From Lingula anatina (Eukaryota; Animalia; Brachiopoda): 64,000 nt of DNA. A model generated the notes under the pieces. It saw only the letters and a list, made by a program, of their open reading frames with translations. It ran no database searches and was not told the DNA's origin. Positions 53,271 to 64,000 of this stretch are shown here, piece by piece. A program made the translations under genes and the position numbers. The stretch covers positions 6,262,001-6,326,000 of the forward strand of contig CM120649.1 of the NCBI GenBank assembly GCA_051362555.1, in the 5' to 3' direction. How positions within the stretch are numbered: the first letter of the stretch is position 1; each line of letters begins with the position of its first letter.

Positions 53271-55544
53271 CATTCAAAATAGACTTAAACGTGGCAGTGG
53301 TTATATCTTTGGTTTAATATAAAACTTTATATCCTTGACTTTCTTTGGTTCTGTTTTGAAAAAAAATCTGCTCTACATCTTCCGCCCAGTTACCCTCATG
53401 AATAATTACTCTCATTATCAAGGGTTATTTCAACAGACTAGGATGTTGGATAATGTGTACATATGTGGAACTGAAAGCCTAGGATGCATTTTAATGATTA
53501 TTTTTCTGTATACATTTTCACCAGCTCAGCTCCGTGTAAAAGCTATGAATAAAAACTATAACATACAATAAGTAAACAGCCAATGGTTTACCACCTATCC
53601 CTGCTTTATCAGGGTCACAAGTTTAAATATAGATTTTTTGCATGTCTAAATGATATTTATTTTCATTTTTCCGCATACTCATTTTATTTTTGACCTTTAA
53701 CCTAGAATGTGTTAGGAAAATGAGGTACATCTGAGTGATGCTTGAGCATGAATTATAAACGCCCTATTTTTTCCTGTTTGCCATGTTCAAAACTGATCGT
53801 GGGTATGTTTTTCACCATCGCAGACTTGACAATTTTTTTAAAATATTTTTAATTGAGCGTAGATGACTGTATGGAGATCATGAAAGATTCATTGGAATAT
53901 GTACATACAAAGTACTAAATATCATACAGTTCATATACAACGCCATCATGAACACTATGAACGGCTATCAACAGGGATTGTGCATCCAAAGATACATTTA
54001 TTTTCAGTCAGTGGTAATTAATTAATTTGTAACATATTATTAGAATAAAATAACGTCCAGTTTAAAATCGTGCAAATAAGGGAAGTTTTTCACATATGTA
54101 ATTATACTATAATATAACCCTCTGTTGAAAACAAAGAAGCTTTCAGTACCTGGCACAGCAAAAAGTGCAGCGCCCCGTTTCCAACTTATCTCAGAGCGAA
54201 ATCAGGCTATGCTAAAACTGTCTTTGTTCTTGCTTTTTCACTAATTTATGGTGGGCTTCAAGCACACCTTGTGTATCAAAAATGCCAACCTGGAGCAAAA
54301 TGAATGATGCACCTTGAAACAAACACACGCTGTCTCTGAGACAATAAGAGTAATTATTGAAGGTACACATTAGAATCTACACGACAAGTGCAAGCAATGA
54401 GTCGTTTTGAAATAGAACAGACTCCTTAAGTCGATGGGCAGATAAGAAATGCGACGTCAAAGTGCCAAGTTGGTATGGTTCAATCCAAAAGCACAAACGT
54501 GATGTGATAAAAACGTGAGATAAAAAATAAAATAAATGAATTGAATTACGATACACCATACAGTGCAAGAATTTATTATTGGCATTATCCAGAACTTCCA
54601 TTTTGACAGCAAACAGAATGGTATAATATATGGGCACATGGATAGGAACAAAAAACTGAAAGACTCTGACAGAAAGATAATTCATACAAACATAAAAATA
54701 GTAAACTAATTAACTGATATACCAAAATATAAATGAGTACATTGATAGTAAATAAGTTCATAATCAACTCTCAAGATATATTCACACGTTGATAAATAAA
54801 TAAATGCATAATTGACAGAATAAAGATATAAATATGTACAAAATAATTGGTGAATGAATAGACAATTAAATAAACTAACTGACTGAATATCTAATTGATA
54901 ATTAATATAATCATTAATCACATATCTACCCTTAATGTAAATAAATTTTCAGTAAATTGGAAAATGCTACTGCTATCTATCTAACGAAATAAATATCAGG
55001 TAGAACAATTATGGGATGCAAATGGACTCTTTCGTATCACAAATATGGAATGTCAAATTCGTCAAAGCGAATGAAATATGTTCCAAAGGTAACTTAAAAG
55101 TGATTTTCAGTGGCTTTAACTAAAATATAAAATTTGAATGTAAACCGAAAACATTTTACTGTTAGGCAATTAAGACAGAAATTATACGACCTTTAAAAAT
55201 TCAGCCGACGTACATGTATTAAATCAATAAAGGGTAAAATTTTACATGCACAAAGAGTCATCTGTTATTTGATACGGTCGCTGGGTGAAACACTCGACAC
55301 ACACATCATCCGCTAAAGAATCTTACTACCTATCATGGTAATTCTTTCTTTCAATTTACAGATCAAGTAAGGTGTTGACAGAAAACACATTCTATCAAGG
55401 TATCTCATACCGGATGACCCCTTCTCTACGGATATCTAGTAATCTGTATCTGTCGATAACCGTTCTATACAACATTTTTCATCACACTATGGCCCAATCA
55501 ATGCTTCCTCTTTGCTAGTAGCTGTAACTACCCAGATCACAATG

Positions 55545-55596
55545 TGAACTCATTGACCCCGTCACGTGACCCAAGTTCATCAAGTTCATCACGCAA
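55545..55596. promoter_or_regulatory. Composite element: two nuclear-receptor DR3 sites, palindromic E-box, XRE-like site
   Basis: TGAACTcatTGACCC (55545-55559), GTCACGTGAC (55561-55570), AGTTCAtcaAGTTCA (55574-55588), TCACGCAA (55589-55596). Confidence 0.45.
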
Positions 55597-57135
55597 GTGA
55601 GTATTTTTACATGTACGCCGGTATCGAGCAAAAGATGGTTTATAAAGAAGATATATTAATAGATACAGTATATTGCAAATACAGTGTATTTGTTCGTATA
55701 TTCATGTGTGGAATTAACAGCGCGGTCAATTTTTTATAAAATTATTGCCAAAAACTCACATTTATAATATTCAAAAGTATGTTGTCAAGGAAATAATTCA
55801 TAATCAAATTGACCGAATATATACAATTTGCGCATATGTATGCACCACACATGTATCTTTTGATCAGAATTTTCAAACGCATGGAAGTCTTATACATAAT
55901 TTTCATATAAACAATGCAACACCAGATTGAAATCAAATCTTAACATATGCGCTGCACAAGCTCAAACATAATCTAATCAGATTATTGGTTTTATGCTATT
56001 ACTTCACAGGCACGTTAATTTTCGTTTCAACTTCGGATCGTTTTATGCAAAATATGTCGTACAATTTTACAAATTCCCAGCCGGCAAAGTGCACTGAGTT
56101 ACCTCTTACAACGGGTGTACCAGTAAGCTCTCGTAGGCGGGTTATCTGTCCATTCATCACAGTGCATCACATAATCACGCGAGATAGCACGAGATAACGT
56201 AAAACAGCCCCGGAGATATTTGTACCAGGTCTGTTGCGTGTATTCTTAAAAAGCACCGGTTAACCTTGTAAATTATGACTGAGGGGAGATCGCTGGGCTA
56301 TGGCATCCTTAGGTACACGGTGACTCGACGAAATTATTTCCAAATCAAATAGCTGTGAAAACGTGGCAATTTATAATTATGATAATCATACCAAACGATA
56401 TCAGTTAATTCTCACGAAATGGCTTTCATGAATCCATTTTCGTAAAAGATGTACCATTTGACGTGTTGAAAAATTTATTGCGACCGTTTTCCTTAACAAT
56501 AAAAACACTCTCATAATAACACGCGTAAGTTAAATTCTTCATCTTTTAATATTACTAATTAAACAAAAGTTTCTTCCCAGACGTGGCCTTCGGGCCAATT
56601 GGAAAATTCACGGAGAGATAAAGGTGGATGTAATGATGTTTATGTCAGCTTTATCATCCGTCCAAAGTTTTGGGAAATGCAGCTACACTATGGCTTATTT
56701 GATATTGATTGACAAGTTTGAAGCAGGGATTGCCATGGTGATTAAAAAGACTAAAAGAAGTCTGATAACCCTCGTTGTCTGAACTGTTGTCAGAAACTAA
56801 TGTTCAGGCTTGGGGTAAGACCTACATGTAGGCCAATGATGGGTCCTATACTGGTACGCAGACAAGACTGGATTTCTGTTCACCCAAGCAGAATTGGCAC
56901 GTGCTTAGGACACCAAGTTCCCAATATGAAAACATGTACCAGGGAAAACCTTTAATGCAAAATGATATTTGGAGTGCACAGACAAAGAAAACAAACAGAA
57001 AAACGGAAGAATATATGAGACGTACATACTCGTAGATTTTTTTTTTTTTTTGAAAGTGTAAAGTATGCTTCCTACAGGTTACTTGTTTGGGTTTGAGGGC
57101 ACTAAGGCGCTGGGAGGGGGGGCTTATTGGACCTG

Positions 57136-57238
57136 GGCTCTGTATCTCGAAAGGTTCGCTATGTTGCGCACGTGCGCAAGTGTCTCGATTCCATAACCGA
57201 TTCTATTTCGAGATACGGGGCCATGGAATCGAGACACT
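57136..57238. mobile_element. 87-bp MITE-like inverted-repeat element plus an adjacent inverted copy of its interior
   Basis: IR A 57136-57152 / 57206-57222 (15/17), palindrome 57164-57179, IR B 57179-57194 / 57223-57238 (16/16). Confidence 0.7.
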
Positions 57239-57298
57239 ATTTTGATTTGATTGTCTGTACAATATATTTTGAAATTGTTGCAAAGAGAGTGCGATAAG

Positions 57299-57300
<2 letters not shown>

Positions 57301-57336
<36 letters not shown>
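57301..57336. repeat. (ATT)12 microsatellite
   Basis: Read directly. Confidence 0.95.
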
Positions 57337-57338
<2 letters not shown>

Positions 57339-60300
57339 AGGTTGACCTGTGTCCATTTCTTATACAACACAACAAACCGGCGAACGGACATTCACATCAC
57401 GAGCTGTCAGATAACGCCTGACCGTGGGTTATGTGAAGTGATTTACCGTGAAAAACATGCCAGTGCATCCCAGTGTTTTGTTTTTATGTAACGAAGGCCA
57501 TAGAGGTTATACCCCGCGTTCAGTCACGAGCCTTAAGCTGAATCACATGGATGGAGAGGGCGGTTCCCAAATAACACCCTCTAGATCTTTTTACGTCGTA
57601 TTTTAAAAATTTAAATTTAAATTTAAAAATTCTTGACGTCAACGTATTTAGTTTTCTTAACTAAAGTTTAGTTGATTTTATGTATACAAAGCCGTAGAAA
57701 TTTATAAAGTGTTTTTAAGGTATTCATTATTTATGTAAATTGGTCGCTTTAGTCATCTTTGAAATGTATTTTATTGTTTTTGTTTACAGCTTATGGCTAA
57801 TTCATTTACACTTCGTATCATAATTTGACAATCCAATGTTTTGATGAAAGAGTATTATACAGCATGCCATTGAATTCTAACATCTGCACGCTCCTTTGAA
57901 ATAAATGGATGTCTTTCTTAAACAGCAGGTTAAACTTTCAAATACCGTATACCATTGAAAAAAGGTTATAGTGTGAATTTTAATAAACAGCAATAACAGC
58001 TTATAAGTCTTCACTTGGCACTGCCTCAGCAGAGAGAATTAATAAATTAATTTTAAGTGCGTCAAACTTGTGTGTGACACGAATCAATATCACATCGATA
58101 GCCAAAATTGCGTACATATATCTACCGACATGCAATTTTTTCATGATATCTGTTTATTTTCTGTATGCTTTAAATAGCTTCTAAAACGACCTTGTGATAG
58201 TAAGCCAAGCACAGTCTTGTTCAGATTTTAAACCCTATTTAAATGCATTGCAAATGCCTTGAAATAATAATAATACTGCATCAGTGGGTATTCTCTTATA
58301 TTAAATACGGAATTTTTTCTCAGTTACTTACCCATATTTTGAATGACAAACTTAATGACAATTCTCTGACAAATGCTGTGAACAAATAACCAAAGTCCGT
58401 TACAGTGCATTTTTACATGTATGTGTAGGTATCGCACGTCAGCCATGCTTGAGGTCATACATTGTCACCCGAGCGACATATGCCAGAAAACCTCGAGCGC
58501 CAGCGAGTTTTCATGCATATTATATCGCGAGAAAGTGGCAGTGTATGATTTCACGTACAATGACATACCTTACGCACGGTGATATCAGCACAGTGATTCT
58601 ACTAAAAATTAGGGGTCTTGGGTGGGGAACATGCACGGTTTTCTTTTTATATGTACAGGTATGACAAATAATGCACCGCTATTCCCTAGCCCGATATATA
58701 TTTTGGCATGCCTTGCTATTGCTCGGCATACTATCATGTAATTCGGACTCATGGGCTATGCAATATATAGTATTTGAATCTATGTATTTTTCACTCTTAT
58801 TTGCCAATAATTTTATGACAAACTATTTCAAGAAATTTCGAACTAGTACTGAGAACAAATAACTCTGTGACACTAACTATTGTATATCAGCACATATTTA
58901 CTATATCACACGGGAAGATGAATGTTTGGGCCTTTACTAGCTATGAAAACGAATAGTTATCGTTTTCTGTGGCAACCTATAGGTTTTAAAAACACCTGTA
59001 CTTTTCGGTCAGCGCCATATTGCTATATTGGTGATTGCAACTGATACATGCTTAATAGAATTTAAAAGTCATAATATATGTGAATTCCTCGTATTCATAA
59101 TTTCTGTATTATCTGAACAGTTTTCATATTTCACTTATGAATATGAATTATCAAAATAAAAACTATGATAGAAAAATAGTTAAAAATCCTACAAACAGTT
59201 TCTTAAAAGACGAATATTAAGATAAATTTTCTATGGACATTTAAGAAAAAGACATTTGTCAAATTTTGTTATAACACACATTAAAACTCAAATTTTGCAT
59301 TTCTATCCCTAACATTCGAATATGATTATCAAAACTTAAATCATGTAACTTTAAGTGATGTGGACAGAAATGGATAGAGAAATATTTCAAAAACCGAACG
59401 CAACATCAATTTTAAAATATAATAAAATAAGACGAAAGAAAATGATGACATAATTTCAAGTTAGAAGAAGTTTTTTACTTGAATCAAACAGAATAAATTC
59501 GACCAAGCAAAAATACAGGTTCAAACATATTGTTTTTATTATTACATACTTTAAGTGATTTCCTGTAAACGTGTAAATCTTCATTCAAAGAATACCGTAC
59601 AAATACTAGGACACTTTATCATGTCTGAATTAACCTAAAAATAAAGATTAATGCTTTTTATGTTACTAATCATATATAACCAATTTGTGTTCAGTTCAAG
59701 TCTCATTCTAAATCACCATGCAATTAACGATAGATATAACAAATCACACAGATATTTCACTGCAGAGGTACGTATGTTTCATAATGATATGTTAAATAAT
59801 AATTATAACTTAAATAATATATTTATCTAAATCCGTGAAAATATGTTCTGTAGACTTTGCAATTAAAATACAATGCAAATATAAATAAAATACATAGTTG
59901 AGAGAATTAATTCATATGAAAAAGTAATGGCATTAAAAGTAGAAAAAGAGATCAAATGTCTAATTATAATGTCCTGTATTAAAAATAAAGAGAAAAAAGC
60001 TCATATAGATAATACAACGCACATAGGCTCACATAGGGGAGCACCAAGGTAAACAAGGAACGTCCTTGTACTTGCCTTAAGGCCACGGAATCCCAGTGGA
60101 GAGGGTTGGGCTAGCCGGCGTCCCGAGGGAGTCTGGAACCCTGACGCAATATTTAAAGATCTGATCGTTGGGTAGCGTGCCAAGAAGACGCCATTCCTTG
60201 ATCTGTAGCCATAGCAGAGGCTATATCATTTTCTTTTTTATATTTAAATGAAGGCAAAGTGGAAAGGAGCTTGTCAGCCATGAGCAATGAAGGTCACTAG

Positions 60301-63300
60301 GTATCAGACATTTCTGTCACTATTTTGAAGTAAGTTTTGTGTTATATTTGACAGGTAACTAGAGATAGGGGAATTGATTTTTGCATATTACTGTTGTGCA
60401 AAATATTTAATCGAAATTAATATTGTACATTAATGTTTTCGGGAAAAAAATCATCGATGTTGCTTAAGCACAGGGGGTAACATATCCAAAATAATCATTT
60501 TCTCATATACATGTGTACTGACAATAAACTTTAAAAAAAACCAACAACTAACATTATGTAAACTGGCCGTTAGTGATCCACGTATTCTTAATGGCGCTCA
60601 TAGTCCGGGCGTTATTGTAGCCAAAATACACTCCCCTGCCATTTCAACCCCCATCTCCTCCCCCTTCCCAGTTTACTTTTTCAAGAAATTCAGGTTCGAA
60701 GGAATCTTTCTTCCTAATTGCATAATTCAATTTGAATCGCTTCCTTGGAATTTTCCACACGATGGTCATTTAGGGAAAAAGTTTTGCGCTGACCAAATGA
60801 CAAGACGTGTCTTGGTGAGGTTATCAAGTACATGGATGTCCTCCATGCTTATGACAGCATCTTATGATTATATCACCTGGGAAGAACGTATACGTACAGA
60901 TTGAGCATCTTGCCAGGGTATAATTATACATGTACGACGAGGAATACCCAGTGAGAGACGGTCAGGCGTCGCTCAAGATGCTCCAACTCTTATCCATCGC
61001 ACTTTTGCGTTGGACAACTAATTAATAACCCGACCTGCCACTTGATACTATCTAACGAGGGGTCTTATGTACAGCATCGATATGTCAAAATGTCTCAAAT
61101 ATACTTATTTGTAATTTGTACTCATTTGCTTGTGAAGTTGTGTCACGGGCTTTGAGCATGCAGATGAGATAAGCGTTAGAGCTGTGTCCTGCATATGCAA
61201 AAATAACCATGGTGCATCTTTTAGTTAAAATTGAATTGCTGAACTAGGATTTATCTTGGCATAACTTGTACCTTTTTTATTTCATTTTATTTTATTCTAT
61301 TTCTCTTTATTTTATTTTATTTCCTTTGTCTACTCCCCGATTTCGATGATGTTATTATGACATTTTAGCGTCTAGTTTTCAAAATATAATAATGAACACT
61401 TCACCCTATGCCCTGTCTCTCATTCTCGTATTTCTTCACCAATATCAAATATGCGAAAACAAGCACACCCTTGCTACTGTTTGAAGTTTTCAGATGACGT
61501 GACAGCCGCTATGACTCGCCTTTAAAAAGAATCCCGAGAACAAAAGTTTGCACCGAGTGACAGCGAGAATAATGAACGGTATGAAGTACAGATCTGAACA
61601 GCGTTAACGACGGGGTCTGTTCCTTTGGGAGCCACGCACGCGATGCAGGCACCTGAGGAATGAGACGGAGATGACGTTGAAGGGGTTAAGACACGAGAAG
61701 CAAGGATCCACCTAGCGGTATTTTTTAAGTGACAGTTGAATTTGGCCGCACCTCATTGGTGTTTTAATTATGTCCTTAATTTCAGGTAAAATACAACAAA
61801 ATTTAGCCAATACTACAGGATGATGTTGCCTCTTTCACTTAAAGTCTCAATACAATTATAAATTAGACGGATGTTCGGAATTAAGCGTATCATAGTCTCT
61901 TTCAGACAAATGTAACCTACAACGAATTGATAATTATATTTTAGTCACAGAATAATACCTTAAAGGTCACAAGAACATTTTTCGAACAATTTCTTTCAAA
62001 ATTCATTAGCCAATTAATGGCATCTTAACAGTATTTACAAAACCCTATCTAAAATCCAAGGTCACGGCATAGCGTTCTGTCTAGCCGTGAAAAAATTAAT
62101 GCTTGCCAGGTGGCAAGAGGTATATAGAATTACCATATTTCAGACGTTTTGAAGACATTTTCCTTGTATAAGTCTAGACACGCACTATGACAAAAAAGAG
62201 ACTGAAAGAAGTATATGAAAAATTAAGGAAGTTTCCTTGTTAAACTCCCAGGCGCTATTCCGTGATTTCAATCAGAGGATTAAAAAAATACTTAAAACTC
62301 ACATTTGCCAGAAGCGATATTGCAAAATAGTATAAGGTTAATTTGAGCGAATTATGACCGATATTCAAATCAAATCCCAAGATTATTGCATGTTTTTTTT
62401 ATCAGATAAATCAGTTATAGTTGTTGGTTGCTGTTAAAATTATTGCAGATAAACTGCGTTTAATTATTCCATGTTTCTTTATGTGTGCAGTAATGCAGAT
62501 GTAAGAGAAAATGTCTTGTATTTTCAACAATACAAAATGTAGCACTGAGCGTGTTGGTCTTTTCCCTGGGCATAAAAAGATAAGTGAATAAAATAATTAA
62601 AAGAATAATAAATCAGAGTGCGCACATTTTGCTTTAACTAATATTGCGTTAATTGTGGCCAGAAAACTACCACATGGGTGTGACCGGACAAACTATTGTC
62701 CGATCCCGTCAAATAGAGGTCCCTGACCTCAAAGTCACAAGATAAGCCAGATTTTGCTGACAGATCATAAATTATCTCATTTCGGTCGAAACCAGAATGA
62801 TGGTGGTCGCATATGCTTGATTGCGGTAGATGTGAAATCCTCTTGAAAAGCATTGTCACTCTCACCTGCGCCATCCAGCATTTGACATAAGGTATCGCCG
62901 TCCAAAGCAGCCTTTGCGCAGACAGTTTTAAATTAGAAGCCCATCCATTCAATAATAATGCATGTAGAGGCATAATGAGCCTCGCTCTGGCCATCCTTGG
63001 TCTTGCCGGTAATAAATCGATAACGAGGTAACTAAGAATATTGGCTCATTCCCAATTGAAACAAAATCGTTCTACAGTGTACGTAGATCGATTTAACTTC
63101 GCAGGGACTCCCGCTGAATGCAATCATATTAAAATAATTCCATTGGAAATGAGACGGCAGCACAGTACTGGATACACATCATCTCTCTCTATATAAACGT
63201 ACATAAGTATCATTTGGATATATGTTTTAATTTAGGATTTATATCAGATTGAAAACGAAAATACGTTATATCGTTTCCAAATGTGTATTATTCATAAGAA

Positions 63301-63805
63301 AAAAGAGTATACGTCAGATAAATATGAGCAATTGTATTAGAATTATTATTGTAATACGATTTTTAATCAAAGGTATTTTAACCATACAGGATTTTCGCGC
63401 CAAATATAATTTTCTGTGGAAAAAGTGATTTTCTTCTTCTCACGAATCACTGTTGGACCTTTCTGTGCACTTGGATTTTATAGTCTGTGTCATTAATGAA
63501 TTGAGGTTAATTTATAACGCCATTTTTTCCTGACATTTCTGGAGGAAATTTTGACATTGGTATTTTTATTTGAGGCGTCCTTTCGTTACTGAGGTCTAAT
63601 TTGAGTTGATTTACAGGATTTTTAAACATTAAAATAAAACCTTGGGGCTAGTTTTAAAATTCTAGACCTCGATGGACTTCTTATATGTATACGCTCATGA
63701 TATCCAAGAGACAAAAACAAAGAAAGAGATGCCGACAGATAAGAAAATCTCTCACACATTCGCAATATGAAAAGTACAAAGTAATGGAAAATCTGAACAT
63801 ACAAA

Positions 63806-63997
63806 TAGCCGGTGTCATGTACCAGAAGGTCCCCCATGACAGAAAGTCCGGGACCCGTTATTTCAGAAACCAGGGGTCCGTAGGACCCCTGGTTTCTGAA
63901 ATAACGGGTCTCGGACTCTGTATAATGGTGATTAGGTATAATATACAGGGTCCCCCGGACCCTGCATTTAACCGGACCCTACGTTTCATGACAGCTA
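63806..63997. mobile_element. Foldback/MITE-like element with nested hairpins
   Basis: Outer imperfect IR tgtcatgtaccagaaggtcc / ggaccctacgtttcatgaca; 35-bp-arm hairpin 63845-63917; small hairpin CAGGGTCC-ccc-GGACCCTG 63946-63964. Confidence 0.7.
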
Positions 63998-64000
63998 TCA

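Noticed and set aside
60903-60983. 10-bp inverted repeat GAGCATCTTG / CAAGATGCTC
   Set aside because: Short arms and an unpaired ~60-nt spacer; compatible with chance.

Overview
AT-rich eukaryotic (animal) genomic DNA, probably an invertebrate; the microsatellites, MITE-like elements and recurrent TACATGTA fit a lophotrochozoan such as a mollusc, but this is inference. Only one protein-coding gene is convincing: a single-coding-exon C2H2 zinc-finger transcription factor on the + strand (ATG 47188 to TAA 48933, 581 aa). It has 4 clustered N-terminal fingers (one with an atypical adjacent Cys-Cys pair), one C-terminal finger and two candidate Groucho/TLE-binding motifs. It is preceded by a splice acceptor and followed by a 2-4 kb 3' UTR. 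The rest is a gene-poor landscape of short CpG-containing islands (probable cis-regulatory modules), CTCF-like motifs, microsatellites, small inverted-repeat elements, hairpins and one 1.06-kb segment flanked by an exact 22-bp direct repeat. The other ORFs in the track look spurious. I found no CRISPR array, rRNA, intact tRNA or transposase/RT ORF, and I cannot claim a new multi-gene system. The best leads are the TF architecture, a compact DR3/E-box/XRE element at 55.5 kb and an interleaved inverted-repeat structure at 57.1 kb. No database searches were run; everything was read by eye.
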